Positions 12,755-24,111 of a DNA stretch of 64,000 nucleotides are shown here, in pieces. A program made the position numbers and the translations under genes. The notes under the pieces are model-generated. The model worked only from the letters and a program-made list of their open reading frames with translations, did not search any database and was not told where the DNA came from. Source of the DNA: Alistipes senegalensis (GTDB lineage Bacteria; Pseudomonadota; Gammaproteobacteria; Burkholderiales; Burkholderiaceae_D). The DNA lies in contig JAMPER010000001.1 in the NCBI GenBank assembly GCA_023664945.1, positions 210,829-274,828 of the forward strand, in the 5' to 3' direction. Each line of letters starts with the position of its first letter. The stretch's first letter is position 1.

Positions 12755-15475
12755 ATGAAAAAAATCCTGTTATTGGTAGATGGCTCCAGCTTTCTTTACC
12801 GCGCCTATTATGCCCTGCCTGACCTGCGCAGCCCCGAAGGGGAGCCGACCGGTGCCATTTACGGCATACTAAACATGCTGCGGCGGCTGGAGAAGGACTA
12901 TCCGGGAGCATACCTTACCTGTATTTTTGATGCAAAGGGGCCAACCTTCCGCCATACCCTTTATCCGGAATACAAGGCCAACCGCGCCGCCATGCCGGAC
13001 GACCTGGCAAGCCAGATTGCACCCATCCACGAAGCGATCGGTTATATGGGCTGGCCGCTTTTATCGGTAGGCGGCATTGAGGCCGACGATGTAATCGGCA
13101 CCTTGGCCAGGGCGGCGGAAAAGCAGGGGTATAAAACCGTTATCGCCACAGCCGACAAGGATATGGCACAGCTGGTTGACGAAGAAATTACCTTGGTCAA
13201 CACCATGAGCAATGAAACGCTTGACCGTGAAGGCGTGGCAGGGAAATACGGCGTCCTGCCGGAAGGCATTATTGATTATCTCTGCCTGATCGGTGATACA
13301 GCCGACAATATTCCCGGTGTTGCCAAGGTAGGGCCGAAAACGGCCCTCAAGTGGCTTAACCAGTACGGCACACTTGACAATATCCTGGCGCACGCTGCCG
13401 GCATTAAAGGGGCAGCGGGAGAAAACCTCCGGCAGGCGGCTGCCTGGCTTGCCCGCTCCCGGGAGCTGATTACCATCAGGACAGATTGCGACCTGGGGGA
13501 AACTATCGGCGACATTGCCGGCCGCTTTGCCAGAAAGCCCGTCAACAATGAAGCGCTGGCTGCCCTTTTCGGGCGCTACGGATTCAAGGCCTGGCTGAAA
13601 GAAATCCGGCCGCCTTTGCCGGAGCAGAAGGGATTTTTCGATACGCCCGCACCGGAAAAAGCGCCGGTTGAAACCCGTTATGAAACCATTTTGACGGAAG
13701 CGGCGCTGGATGCCTGGCTTGCCCGCATCGACAAGGCGGAAATCACCGCGCTGGATACCGAAACCACCTCGCTGGATCCGATGCAGGCGCAGATGGTCGG
13801 GCTTTCCCTTTGTGTTGAACCCGGGCATGCCGCCTATATCCCGGTTGCCCATACCGGCATGGACGCGCCGCCGCAGCTTTCCCGGGAAATGGTCCTTTCC
13901 AGAATGCGGGCCTGGCTGGAAAACCCGCTGAAAAAGAAAGTGGGGCAAAACATCAAATACGACAGCCATGTTTTTGCCAACCACGGCATTACCCTAAAAG
14001 GCATTGCGCACGATACCCTGCTGCAATCCTATGTGCTGGAATCGCACCGGCGGCACGATATGGACAGTCTGGCACAGCGTATTTTGGACAGGAAAACAAC
14101 CAGCTATGAAGAAATTTGCGGGAAAGGCGCTTCGCAGATCGGCTTCGAGCAGGTGGATATTCCCCGCGCTGCCGCCTACGCGGCGGAAGATGCGGATATC
14201 ACGCTTTGCCTTCACCAGGCCATGTGGCCCCGCATTAGGGAAAATGAAAAACTGGCTTTCATTTACAGCGAAATCGAGCTGCCAACAGCAACCGTTTTGC
14301 AAAAAATCGAGCGGCAGGGCGTTTTGATTGATTCCGGCCTCCTGGCGCAGCAATCCCTGGAGCTGGGAGAAAACATGGCTGTGCTGGAAGCCAAAGCCAC
14401 TGAAGCAGCCGGCGGGCCGTTTAATCTCAATTCGCCAAAACAGCTGGGGGAAATCCTCTTTGAGAAACTGGCGCTGCCGGTGGTGAAAAAAACGCCTTCC
14501 GGCACGCCATCCACCAACGAGGAAGTGCTGCAAAAGCTGGCTGAAGATTATCCCCTGCCGCGCATCATTCTGGATTACCGCGGCATGGCCAAGCTCAAAT
14601 CCACCTACACGGACAAGCTTCCCCGTATGGTCAACCCGGCAACCGGCCGCGTCCACACGAACTTTGCCCAGGCTGTCGCCGTCACAGGCCGGCTGGCTTC
14701 TTCCGACCCGAACCTCCAGAATATTCCGGTCAGAACCGGGGAGGGAAGGCGCATCCGCGAAGCGTTCATTGCCCCGCCCGGCAGCCGGATTGTTTCTGCC
14801 GACTATTCCCAGATTGAACTGCGCATCATGGCGCATCTTTCCGGCGACGAGGGGCTTATCCAGGCATTTTCCCGGGGGGAGGATATCCACCGCGCCACGG
14901 CGGCGGAAATTTTCGATATTGCCCCCGGCGCTGTCTTGCCGGAACAACGCCGCCATGCCAAGGTGATCAATTTCGGGCTGATTTACGGCATGAGCGCCTT
15001 TGGCCTGGCGGGCAACCTGGGAATCGGCCGCCAGGCGGCACAAGCCTACATTGACCGCTATTTCCAGCGTTATCCCGGCGTGGCGCGCTATATGGAAAAT
15101 ACCCGCTTAAAAGCCAGGGAAAACGGCTATGTGGAAACGGTTTTCGGCAGGCGGCTGTGGCTGCCCGAAATCCATTCGCCAAACGGGCCGCGCCGCCAGG
15201 CTGCCGAACGGGCAGCCATCAATGCGCCGATGCAGGGGACTGCCGCCGATATCATCAAACTTTCCATGATTGCCGTGCAGGATTGGCTGGAAAAGGAAAA
15301 CTGCCGCTCGCGCCTGATCTTGCAGGTGCATGACGAACTGGTGCTGGAAGTGCCAGAAGCCGAAGTGCCGATTTTGTGCCAAAAACTGCCTGAACTGATG
15401 GGAAAGGTTGCTACCCTAAGCGTGCCGCTGGTTGCCGAAGTCGGTTCAGGCCCGAACTGGGAAAAAGCGCATTAG
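12755..15475 (+). CDS. polA: DNA polymerase I
   Basis: DGSSFLYRAY 5'-3' exo, LDTETT 3'-5' exo, DYSQIELR and QVHDEL polymerase motifs. Confidence 0.99.
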   Translation: MKKILLLVDGSSFLYRAYYALPDLRSPEGEPTGAIYGILNMLRRLEKDYPGAYLTCIFDAKGPTFRHTLYPEYKANRAAMPDDLASQIAPIHEAIGYMGWPLLSVGGIEADDVIGTLARAAEKQGYKTVIATADKDMAQLVDEEITLVNTMSNETLDREGVAGKYGVLPEGIIDYLCLIGDTADNIPGVAKVGPKTALKWLNQYGTLDNILAHAAGIKGAAGENLRQAAAWLARSRELITIRTDCDLGETIGDIAGRFARKPVNNEALAALFGRYGFKAWLKEIRPPLPEQKGFFDTPAPEKAPVETRYETILTEAALDAWLARIDKAEITALDTETTSLDPMQAQMVGLSLCVEPGHAAYIPVAHTGMDAPPQLSREMVLSRMRAWLENPLKKKVGQNIKYDSHVFANHGITLKGIAHDTLLQSYVLESHRRHDMDSLAQRILDRKTTSYEEICGKGASQIGFEQVDIPRAAAYAAEDADITLCLHQAMWPRIRENEKLAFIYSEIELPTATVLQKIERQGVLIDSGLLAQQSLELGENMAVLEAKATEAAGGPFNLNSPKQLGEILFEKLALPVVKKTPSGTPSTNEEVLQKLAEDYPLPRIILDYRGMAKLKSTYTDKLPRMVNPATGRVHTNFAQAVAVTGRLASSDPNLQNIPVRTGEGRRIREAFIAPPGSRIVSADYSQIELRIMAHLSGDEGLIQAFSRGEDIHRATAAEIFDIAPGAVLPEQRRHAKVINFGLIYGMSAFGLAGNLGIGRQAAQAYIDRYFQRYPGVARYMENTRLKARENGYVETVFGRRLWLPEIHSPNGPRRQAAERAAINAPMQGTAADIIKLSMIAVQDWLEKENCRSRLILQVHDELVLEVPEAEVPILCQKLPELMGKVATLSVPLVAEVGSGPNWEKAH

Positions 15476-15518
15476 GGAACATACCCCCCCAAAAAACGGC
15501 GGCAGACGGCTGACTGCC

Positions 15519-16487
15519 TTATGTTTCCGTTTTTTTCCCTTCACCGGAGGCCGCCTGCTGCGCCAGCCGTTTTTGCGCTTCTTTGAAAACGACCGGCGTT
15601 GCCTGCGTACGGCGGCGGATATTGAAGAAAGCGGTCGCCATCCCGCTGACGGCAATAACCAGCATACCCAGCCAGCTCAAAACGCCCAGCCTGTCATCCC
15701 AGACAAGGATGCCCCAGATGCTGGAAAATACAATGCCGGAATATTGCAGGTTGGCCGTCACCAGCGTTTTTCCCTGCGAATACGCCCTCGTCATCGCCAC
15801 CTGGGCAAGGGCTGCCGTTGCGCCTATTACTGTCAAAAGCGAAAAGCCGTACCAGTCGTGCGAGTGAAAGACAATGCCGTCCCCACCCGGCAGCCAGGCA
15901 TTGACAGCGCAAACCATTGCCGCGCCAACAGCGCCGATAACGGAAAAATAAAAGACGACCCGATATTCCGGTTCGCCCAATTCGCCCAGCCGCCTGACCT
16001 GCATATAGGCCATAGCTGCCAGCATACCGGAAACCAGCCCGACTACCCCGCCAAACCACTGGTCTGCGACAATGGTGGGGCGAAGCAGCAGCGCCACACC
16101 GATAAAACTGGCAAGAATGGCAAGCACCAGCCGCCATTCAAAACCCACCCGGCGATGCCACAGCCCAATAAGAAAAAGCAGGGCGGCAATCCAGATGGGC
16201 GACATGTAATTCAAAGTAACCGCCGTTGCCAGCGGAAGGAAGACCATGGAATAAAACCACAGACCATGCGCCACAACGCCGATAGTGCTCCGCAAAAAAT
16301 GTTCCCGGAAAAAAGAGGTGCGAAAGCTGCCCCGGCGAACCAGGATATAAACAAACATGAAGACCGCGCCGAGCAGGCTGCGGTACATGACGATTTCAGG
16401 GGTGGGGTAGATACCGGACAATAATTTGACACAAACGCCCATCACCGAAAACAGCAAGGCGGCAAATATCATCCAGAGCGATTGCAT
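15519..16487 (-). CDS. DMT/EamA-family transporter
   Basis: About 10 TM segments, MQSLWMIFAALLFS start, two EamA-like halves. Confidence 0.88.
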   Translation of the reverse strand: MQSLWMIFAALLFSVMGVCVKLLSGIYPTPEIVMYRSLLGAVFMFVYILVRRGSFRTSFFREHFLRSTIGVVAHGLWFYSMVFLPLATAVTLNYMSPIWIAALLFLIGLWHRRVGFEWRLVLAILASFIGVALLLRPTIVADQWFGGVVGLVSGMLAAMAYMQVRRLGELGEPEYRVVFYFSVIGAVGAAMVCAVNAWLPGGDGIVFHSHDWYGFSLLTVIGATAALAQVAMTRAYSQGKTLVTANLQYSGIVFSSIWGILVWDDRLGVLSWLGMLVIAVSGMATAFFNIRRRTQATPVVFKEAQKRLAQQAASGEGKKTET

Positions 16488-16672
16488 GAAAATACTTCCA
16501 ATAGAGGCTGGCTGCCAGCTGCCCGCCCTTTTTTCCGGCGGGAAAAAGCGCCCAAAATCATGGCGCAAAGCGAAGCTGGCGTATAATAGCTGGTTTAATT
16601 GCCTGGCTGGAAAGAACAGGCGACAGGGTGATTTTACACCCGCTGCCGACAGATGTTTAATGGATGGCTTTT

Positions 16673-16933
16673 ATGTCTGACAACACGGAAAAAACCGCGG
16701 AAAAAGCAGACGGAATGTCCTTTGAATCCGCCATGGCGGAGCTGGGCCGCATTGTCGCGCAGCTGGAAGAAGGGGAATTGCCGCTTGAAACTTCCATCAC
16801 CGCCTACCGGCGGGGAGTGGAACTGGTGCGGTATTGCACCGCCCAGCTTGAAAAAGTGGACCGCCAAATCGATATGCTGGACAAGGAAATGCTCAAGCCT
16901 TTTCAGCCCGACGGCATGACCGGGAATACATGA
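16673..16933 (+). CDS. xseB: Exodeoxyribonuclease VII small subunit
   Basis: SFESAMAEL..IV.QLEEGELPLE.S...YRRG. Confidence 0.93.
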   Translation: MSDNTEKTAEKADGMSFESAMAELGRIVAQLEEGELPLETSITAYRRGVELVRYCTAQLEKVDRQIDMLDKEMLKPFQPDGMTGNT

Positions 16934-17826
16934 TGGCAGATACCCTTTCCTTCAAAGACTGGATGCAGTCGGTCCAGGCTGCCGTGGAAACCGGGCTTGA
17001 CCGCTTTCTGCCTCCTGCCTCTTCCTTGCCAAACCGGCTGCACGATGCCATGCGCTATGCGGCGCTGGGCGGCGGGAAACGTATCCGGGCCTTGCTTGTG
17101 TTCGCCTCGGGTGCCATTTTTGACGCTGATGAAAGTGATCTGGCACAGGCTGCCGCCGCCATTGAAATGATGCACGCCTATTCGCTGGTGCATGATGATT
17201 TGCCCTGCATGGATAACGATACCATGCGCCGGGGCAAGCCAACCGTGCATGTGCAGTACGGTGAAGCCGGCGCACTTTTGGCAGGCGACGCCCTGCAAGC
17301 CCAGGCGTTTGCAACGCTTTCTGCACTGAAAGCCGACCCTGCCAGGATTGTCGAGATGCTCCGCATACTGGGTGGAGCCGCCGGTTCTTCAGGCATGTGC
17401 GGCGGCCAGGCAATTGATCTTGCCGGCGTTGGGCAGCATTTTTCCCTGCCCGAACTGGAGCAGATGCACCGGTTAAAAACCGGTGCGCTTTTTTCTGCCG
17501 CCGTTTTCATCGGGACGCTTTGCGGCCGTTTTCCCAATCAGCACGAAGCCAGGGCGCTGACTGCCTATGCCGAAGCAACGGGCCTGGCTTTCCAGGTGGT
17601 GGACGATATCCTGGATACCACGGCCGATTCTGCCACACTTGGCAAAACAGCAGGCAAGGACGCTGCCCAGCAAAAACCGACCTATGTTTCCATTCTGGGG
17701 CTTGACGCCTCAAAAGAACTGGCAGGCAAACTCCGGCAGGATGCTGTCCGCGCCCTGGGTGGATTTGATAAAAAAGCAGACCGCCTGCGGCAGCTTGCCG
17801 ATCTGATCGTCCAACGGGAAAAATAA
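16930..17826 (+). CDS. ispA: Farnesyl diphosphate synthase
   Basis: GGKRIR; DDLPCMDND..RRG (FARM); FQVVDDILD (SARM). Confidence 0.96.
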   Translation: MMADTLSFKDWMQSVQAAVETGLDRFLPPASSLPNRLHDAMRYAALGGGKRIRALLVFASGAIFDADESDLAQAAAAIEMMHAYSLVHDDLPCMDNDTMRRGKPTVHVQYGEAGALLAGDALQAQAFATLSALKADPARIVEMLRILGGAAGSSGMCGGQAIDLAGVGQHFSLPELEQMHRLKTGALFSAAVFIGTLCGRFPNQHEARALTAYAEATGLAFQVVDDILDTTADSATLGKTAGKDAAQQKPTYVSILGLDASKELAGKLRQDAVRALGGFDKKADRLRQLADLIVQREK

Positions 17827-19689
17827 ATGACCCTGCTTGACGCCATTGGCTCCCCGGATGACCTGCGCAAACTCAACCGGACGCAGCTTGGCCAGCTGGC
17901 GTTTGAATTGCGGGAATTCATTATCCAGTCGGTTTCCCGTACCGGCGGCCACCTTTCTTCCAACCTGGGCGCGGTGGAACTGGCCATTGCGCTGCATTAT
18001 GTTTTTGATACACCCTCAGACCGCCTGGTGTGGGATGTGGGCCACCAGTCTTATCCGCACAAGATCCTGACAGGCCGGCGCGAACAGATGAAAACGCTGC
18101 GCCAGTTGGGCGGCATTTCCGGTTTTCCCCGGCGGGAAGAAAGCGAATATGACGCTTTCGGCACAGCGCATTCCTCTACCTCCATTTCTGCCGCGCTGGG
18201 CATGGCCCTGGCCGCAAAACTCAAGGGAGAAGACCGCCATGCCGTTGCCGTTATCGGAGACGGGGCCATGACAGGCGGCATGGCGTTTGAGGCGCTCAAC
18301 AATGCCGGCGTGTATGACGGTATCCGGATGCTGGTCATATTAAACGACAATGAAATGTCCATTTCCCCGCCGGTTGGCGCGTTAAACCGCCACCTGGCCC
18401 GCCTTTTGTCCAGCCGGTTTTATGCGGCTGCCAGAAATATGGGCAAGATGCTTCCGCCGCCGGTACAGGAAATTGCCAAACGGTTTGAAGAACAGGCCAA
18501 AGGCATGATCGCGCCGGGAACCCTGTTTGAAGAATTCGGCTTTAACTATATCGGCCCGATTGACGGGCACGACCTGGATTCGCTTATCCCGACGCTTCAG
18601 AACCTGAAAGAGCGCACAGGTCCGCAATTTCTTCATGTCGTCACAAAAAAAGGGCAGGGTTACAAACTGGCGGAAGCCGATCCGGTCCTTTATCACGGGT
18701 TGGGCCGCTTCAATCCGGAAGAAGGCGTCAAACCGTCTGTTTCGCCCTACCCTACCTATACGGAAGTATTCGGAAAATGGCTGTGTGACATTGCCGGACA
18801 GGACAAGCGGGTAACCGGCATTACGCCTGCCATGCGGGAAGGATCAGGCATGGTGGCATTTTCCCGCCAATTTCCAGACCGGTTTTTTGATGTAGGCATT
18901 GCCGAGCAGCATGCCGTCACTTTTGCCGCGGGGCTTGCCTGCGAGGGCATGAAACCTGTTGTCGCCATTTATTCCACCTTTTTGCAACGGGCCTACGACC
19001 AGGTTATCCACGATGTTGCCCTGCAAAATCTGGATGTGACCTTTGCGCTGGACCGTGCCGGTATTGTCGGCGCAGACGGGGCAACCCATGCCGGCAGTTA
19101 TGACATTGCCTGCCTGCGCTGCATTCCCAATATGGTTATCATGACGCCTGCCGACGAAAACGAAACGCGGCAAATGCTTTTTACTGCCTTTCATTACAAC
19201 GGGCCTGCCGCGGTGCGTTATCCAAGGGGGCAGGGTCCCGGTGTGCCGGTTGATGAAGCCGCCTTGCCAATCCCGGTCGGAAAAGCTGAAAAACGGCGGC
19301 AGGGAACGGGCATTGCCCTCCTTGCTTTCGGTTCCATGCTGACGTCGGCGCTGGAAGCGGCTACAATCCTTGACGCCACGGTTATCAACATGCGTTTTGT
19401 CAAACCGCTGGATACCGCCCTTGTTCTGGAAGCAGCCAAAACGCACCAGGCGCTGGTTACCCTGGAAGAAGGGACCATAGCAGGCGGCGCGGGCGCAGCT
19501 GTGGCAGAATATCTGGCAAAGGCAGGCATAACAAAGCCGATTCTGATGCTGGGTTTGCCGGACAGGTTTATTGACCACGGGGAAATCAGCCAGCTTCTGG
19601 CCTTACACAAACTGGATGCAAAAGGAATAGTGGAAACTATCCGCAAACGGTTTCCTGCACAAAAACCGGCCGGTGCGGCCGATATATAG
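17827..19689 (+). CDS. dxs: 1-deoxy-D-xylulose-5-phosphate synthase
   Basis: GHLSSNLG; WDVGHQ; [15 protein letters not shown]; DVGIAEQHA. Confidence 0.98.
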   Translation: MTLLDAIGSPDDLRKLNRTQLGQLAFELREFIIQSVSRTGGHLSSNLGAVELAIALHYVFDTPSDRLVWDVGHQSYPHKILTGRREQMKTLRQLGGISGFPRREESEYDAFGTAHSSTSISAALGMALAAKLKGEDRHAVAVIGDGAMTGGMAFEALNNAGVYDGIRMLVILNDNEMSISPPVGALNRHLARLLSSRFYAAARNMGKMLPPPVQEIAKRFEEQAKGMIAPGTLFEEFGFNYIGPIDGHDLDSLIPTLQNLKERTGPQFLHVVTKKGQGYKLAEADPVLYHGLGRFNPEEGVKPSVSPYPTYTEVFGKWLCDIAGQDKRVTGITPAMREGSGMVAFSRQFPDRFFDVGIAEQHAVTFAAGLACEGMKPVVAIYSTFLQRAYDQVIHDVALQNLDVTFALDRAGIVGADGATHAGSYDIACLRCIPNMVIMTPADENETRQMLFTAFHYNGPAAVRYPRGQGPGVPVDEAALPIPVGKAEKRRQGTGIALLAFGSMLTSALEAATILDATVINMRFVKPLDTALVLEAAKTHQALVTLEEGTIAGGAGAAVAEYLAKAGITKPILMLGLPDRFIDHGEISQLLALHKLDAKGIVETIRKRFPAQKPAGAADI

Positions 19690-19730
19690 TTAAATAGCGA
19701 GGCGCTGTGCCGTATTGTAAAGACGCTACC

Positions 19731-20618
19731 ATGAATTTACACGATATGCCTGCCTGCCCGGCAGAATGGGAAACCTTTCCTGCCGCATCAGGCAATTTCC
19801 CGAAAGACAGGATAAATGCGGAAAACCCGGCTATTCCGGATGTGCAAAATACAACAGACACCCGGCGCATTGCCATACAACAGGTCGGGGTAAAGGGAGT
19901 CAGGCACCCTGTCCGTATCCGGGCAGGACAGGATATTCAGCACACTGTCGGCACCTGGAACCTGTATGTACAGCTTCCGGATGAAAAAAAGGGCACGCAC
20001 ATGTCGCGCTTTATTGCCCTTCTTGAAGAAGCCAATGCGGAAAAAGCGCCGCCTTTTGATACCGCCTCCTTTGCCAGCCTGATGAAGAAAATGCTGGCTG
20101 CGCTGGATGCCACAGAAGGCAGGATTGAGGTTACCTTCCCTTACTTTGTCAAAAAAGCCGCGCCGGTTTCACAGGTGGAAAGCCTGATGGATTACCAGAT
20201 TACCCTTGCCTGCAAGGCAAAAGGCCAGGCAATGGAAATGTGGCAGCAGGTGCGGGTGCCGGTCACCAGCCTCTGCCCGTGTTCACGGGAAATATCTGCC
20301 TATGGCGCGCATAACCAGCGTTCACACATTACGGTAAATGCCCTGGTCAAACCTGCCTTTCCGCTAAAAGAGCTGATTGCCAAAATCGAAAAACAGGGTT
20401 CCTGCGAGCTATATGGCCTTCTCAAACGGCCGGATGAAAAGTTTGTGACAGAACAGGCCTATGAAAACCCCAAATTTGTTGAAGACCTTGTCCGGGATGT
20501 GGCCGGGATTTTAAATGCAGATGACAGGGTACTGGCATACACGCTGGAAGCGGAAAACTTTGAATCTATCCACAACCATTCTGCCTACGCCAGAATCGAA
20601 TTTGACAAGCGGCAGTAA
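19731..20618 (+). CDS. folE2: GTP cyclohydrolase IB
   Basis: IPDVQ; KGTHMSRF; SLCPCS; AHNQRS; ESIHNHSA. Confidence 0.96.
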   Translation: MNLHDMPACPAEWETFPAASGNFPKDRINAENPAIPDVQNTTDTRRIAIQQVGVKGVRHPVRIRAGQDIQHTVGTWNLYVQLPDEKKGTHMSRFIALLEEANAEKAPPFDTASFASLMKKMLAALDATEGRIEVTFPYFVKKAAPVSQVESLMDYQITLACKAKGQAMEMWQQVRVPVTSLCPCSREISAYGAHNQRSHITVNALVKPAFPLKELIAKIEKQGSCELYGLLKRPDEKFVTEQAYENPKFVEDLVRDVAGILNADDRVLAYTLEAENFESIHNHSAYARIEFDKRQ

Positions 20619-20654
20619 CGGCCAACCGTATATGCGCCGGAAGAAAGCGGGTGC

Positions 20655-21212
20655 CTAGACTGCTTCGTGCCTTTCCCGCTGCCACAGGGTTTCAGGTTTT
20701 CCGGCTTCACGGTTGGCTGCCCGTGCATAAATAAACAGCATATCGGAAAGGCGGTTGAGGTATTTTCCGAGTACCTCAGAAATATTTTCTTCCTCGGCCA
20801 GCGCAAAAACCGACCTTTCTGCCCGCCGGCAAACACTGCGTGCATAATGGAACAATGCGCCTTCGCGCGTGCCGCCCGGCAGGATGAATCCCCTTAACGG
20901 CAGTAAATTGGCGTCATACTTTTCCGCCTGGCCCTCCAGCCGCAAAATCCGGCTGTCATCCACAAGCGGCTGGGCAGAACCGGCCAGCTCCGCGCCAACA
21001 TCAAACAGGTCATTTTGAACGGCAACCAGCTCTTCCCTTATTCCTTCAGGAAGCGAAGCAGACAAAAGCAGGCCAATCAGGGAATTCAGTTCATCCACAT
21101 TGCCCACCGCCTCCATACGAAGGCTAGATTTTGGCACACGGCTGCCGTCTGCCAGCGTTGTCATACCGCCGTCTCCCATCCTGGTAATAATTCTGATGGT
21201 TTTTTTAAACAT
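20655..21212 (-). CDS. pduO: Cob(I)alamin adenosyltransferase, PduO type
   Basis: TRMGDGGMT, GNVDELNS, RSVCRRAERS, YLNRLSDMLF motifs. Confidence 0.9.
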   Translation of the reverse strand: MFKKTIRIITRMGDGGMTTLADGSRVPKSSLRMEAVGNVDELNSLIGLLLSASLPEGIREELVAVQNDLFDVGAELAGSAQPLVDDSRILRLEGQAEKYDANLLPLRGFILPGGTREGALFHYARSVCRRAERSVFALAEEENISEVLGKYLNRLSDMLFIYARAANREAGKPETLWQRERHEAV

Positions 21213-21322
21213 ATTTTTCTCCTGACAATCTCCGGCCGTTAATATGAACATACGCCATACAAGCATACCAAGTAAAATGACGTTATCAAAATTTACTTCC
21301 CAAAAAAAGGAAAATTGTTTCT

Positions 21323-22369
21323 ATGCCTGCTTCCCAGACCAACCGGATTGATATCATCCAGCCAGACGACTGGCATCTGCACTTGAGAGACGGCAGCGCA
21401 CTCAAATCGGTGACCGCTCATTCTGCCGCCCAGTTTGGGCGGGCTGTTGTTATGCCCAACCTGCTCTCGCCTATTACGACAACAGAGCAGGCTTTGGCTT
21501 ACCGGAAACGCATTACAGACGCCTTGCCGGAAGGTTCCCGGTTTGTTCCCCTGATGACGCTTTACCTGACGGACAATACGCCGCCTGACGAAATAAAAAA
21601 AGCCAGGGAAAGCGGCGTGGTTTATGCTGTGAAACTTTACCCGGCAGGGGCAACTACCAACTCCGCCGCCGGGGTGACAGATCTTTCCCTGTGCATGAAA
21701 ACGCTGGAAGCCATGCAGCTTTATGACATGCCGCTTTTAATGCACGGGGAAGTCACAGATCCCAAAGTGGATATCTTTGACCGGGAAGCCGTTTTTATTG
21801 ACCGGGTTTTGATCCCTTTGCGAAAAAAATTGCCCGGACTAAAAATTGTCTTTGAACACATCACCACAAAAGAAGCCGCACAGTATGTGGCGCAGGCAGA
21901 AGGCCAGATTGGTGCCACGATTACGGCACACCATCTCCTTTTCAACCGGAATGCACTTTTTACCGGCGGGCTTTGCCCGCACTACTATTGCCTGCCTGTC
22001 CTGAAACGGGAAGAAAACCGGCAGGCGCTGGTAAAAGCGGCTACCAGCGGAAACAGCCGCTTTTTCCTCGGTACAGATTCCGCTCCCCATCCCAGAAACA
22101 GGAAAGAAAACGCTTGTGGCTGTGCCGGATGTTATACCGCTTTCCATGCTGTGGAACTCTATGCCCAGGTTTTTGATGCCTGCCATGCACTTGATAAACT
22201 GGAAACCTTCGCCAGCCTGAACGGCGCACAGTTTTACAGCCTGCCGCCAAATCGGGAGCGTATTACGCTGGAACGCCGGATATGGCAGATTCCCGAATCG
22301 CTCCCGTTTGGAGAAGAGACGGTTGTCCCGCTGATGGCAGGCCAAACGCTCAACTGGAAAAAAATCTGA
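21323..22369 (+). CDS. pyrC: Dihydroorotase (type II)
   Basis: DWHLHLRDG; KLYPAGATTNS; FLGTDSAPH. Confidence 0.98.
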   Translation: MPASQTNRIDIIQPDDWHLHLRDGSALKSVTAHSAAQFGRAVVMPNLLSPITTTEQALAYRKRITDALPEGSRFVPLMTLYLTDNTPPDEIKKARESGVVYAVKLYPAGATTNSAAGVTDLSLCMKTLEAMQLYDMPLLMHGEVTDPKVDIFDREAVFIDRVLIPLRKKLPGLKIVFEHITTKEAAQYVAQAEGQIGATITAHHLLFNRNALFTGGLCPHYYCLPVLKREENRQALVKAATSGNSRFFLGTDSAPHPRNRKENACGCAGCYTAFHAVELYAQVFDACHALDKLETFASLNGAQFYSLPPNRERITLERRIWQIPESLPFGEETVVPLMAGQTLNWKKI

Positions 22370-22379
22370 TACTTTGCTG

Positions 22380-23669
22380 TCACTTTTGCAGGGCTTCCAG
22401 TTTTTTCCGGTAGGCATCCATATCGGCAATCGGTTTTTTGGCCACGCCGGAATCCATCGCCGCCTGTGCCACTGCCGGCGCTACCCTGGAAAGCAAGCGG
22501 TTATCAAACTGCATGGGGAGGAAATATTCCGGCCCAAAAACCAGCTTGCGGCCGTACATGGCTTCCAGCTCCGGATAAACTGCCTCCTCCGCCAAGGCCG
22601 CCAACGCCCGCATAGCCGCCAGCTCCATCTGGCGGTTGATCGTTGCAGCCTGGCAATCCAGCGCTCCGCGGAAAATATAAGGGAAACAAAGTGAATTGTT
22701 GACCTGGTTCGGATAATCGGAACGGCCTGTTGACATAATGACATCCGACCTGACCTGTTTTGCCGTTTCCGGCAAAATTTCGGGAATCGGGTTGGCCATG
22801 GCAAGCACTACCGGATTTTTTGCCATCTTCATCAACATATCCGGTTTCAACACATTCCCGGCAGACAATCCAAGGAATACATCCGCATCCGGAATAACTT
22901 CTGCCAGGGTACGAAGCGGCGTATCCTGCGCATATTTTTCCTTGTCCGGATCCATCAGTTCCTTGCGGCCCTTGTACACCACGCCTTCAATATCGGTTAC
23001 CCAGATATTTTTCAGGGGAAACCCCAGATCAACCAGCAAATCCAGGCAGCCCAGCGCTCCGGCTCCTGCACCGGAAACCACCAGCTTGCTCGAGGCGACA
23101 TCTTTGCCGACAATTTTCAGGGCATTCAATATGGCTGCGCCAACAACAATAGCCGTACCGTGCTGGTCGTCATGAAAAACCGGAATACCCATCCTCTCAC
23201 GCAACTTGCGTTCAATATAAAAACACTCCGGCGCCTTGATATCCTCAAGATTGATTCCGCCAAAAGTCGGCTCGAGAGAAGCGACAATATCACAGAAACG
23301 ATCCGGATCAAGTTCATTTACTTCCAGATCAAATACGTTGATACCGGCAAATTTCTTGAAGAGGACGCCTTTTCCTTCCATGACAGGTTTGGATGCCAGT
23401 GCGCCAATATTACCCAGGCCAAGCACTGCTGTGCCATTGGAAATGACTGCAACCAGGTTGCCTTTTGTCGTATATTGATAAGCTGTGGCAGGGTCTTTAT
23501 GCACTTCCTCGCAGGCAGATGCTACGCCGGGCGTGTAAGCCAGCGAAAGATCATATTGGTTATTGACCTGTTTGGAGGCTTCTACACTGAGTTTTCCCGG
23601 AAAGGGATGTTGATGGAAAGCCAGAGCATCCTGTCTGAGCTGTTTCTTTCTTTGTTCCTGCGAATCCAT
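22380..23669 (-). CDS. NAD(P)-dependent malic enzyme without PTA domain
   Basis: SLAYTPGVA; [13 protein letters not shown]; [11 protein letters not shown]; [12 protein letters not shown]; ends after about 429 aa. Confidence 0.93.
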   Translation of the reverse strand: MDSQEQRKKQLRQDALAFHQHPFPGKLSVEASKQVNNQYDLSLAYTPGVASACEEVHKDPATAYQYTTKGNLVAVISNGTAVLGLGNIGALASKPVMEGKGVLFKKFAGINVFDLEVNELDPDRFCDIVASLEPTFGGINLEDIKAPECFYIERKLRERMGIPVFHDDQHGTAIVVGAAILNALKIVGKDVASSKLVVSGAGAGALGCLDLLVDLGFPLKNIWVTDIEGVVYKGRKELMDPDKEKYAQDTPLRTLAEVIPDADVFLGLSAGNVLKPDMLMKMAKNPVVLAMANPIPEILPETAKQVRSDVIMSTGRSDYPNQVNNSLCFPYIFRGALDCQAATINRQMELAAMRALAALAEEAVYPELEAMYGRKLVFGPEYFLPMQFDNRLLSRVAPAVAQAAMDSGVAKKPIADMDAYRKKLEALQK

Positions 23670-23699
23670 GATATTTCCTGAAAAATACAAAAATAGGCT

Positions 23700-24110
23700 G
23701 AATCATCGATTTTAGCAGATGAATCTAAAGAAAGTTTCAGAAAAAGCAGCTTGGTTTTTAATTTATTCTATTAGAAAGAGTTATATAAAGGTAGTATTGA
23801 TGAACTTTGGCAAAAAGTGTGGGAAAGAAGAATATTTCCCATACAATCATTATCTTGCGGTAAGAATAACATCATGGAAACCGTGTGCGGAAAACAGGAT
23901 AAAAACTGTTTTTGCCGAAAAGTATCCTGTTATACCCGGTAAATAATCTAGTTATTCACAGGTTTATCCACATTCTTATCAGAATTTTGTTTTAAAAGCA
24001 TTGTTTTATCTGTAACAGGCTACCTGATAAAATAAGCTCCCTTTACTGAATCATTCAGCCTGTCAGGAATAAACAGGTTGTTTCACGTGAAACACAGGGT
24101 TATTTCAGTC
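23700..24110. other. Probable chromosomal replication origin (oriC)
   Basis: AT-rich intergenic region before mnmG; TTATTCACA 23952-23960, perfect TTATCCACA 23964-23972, weaker TGTGGGAAA 23818; parS; third-codon bias switches here. Confidence 0.75.
24079..24094. promoter_or_regulatory. parS centromere site
   Basis: Perfect 16-bp palindrome TGTTTCACGTGAAACA matching the common parS consensus; parAB about 2.7 kb downstream. Confidence 0.93.
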
Positions 24111-24111
24111 T

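Noticed and set aside
15481-15494. ATACCCCCCAAAAA after polA, resembling a P4 arm motif
   Set aside because: Single low-complexity match with no integrase or tRNA nearby.
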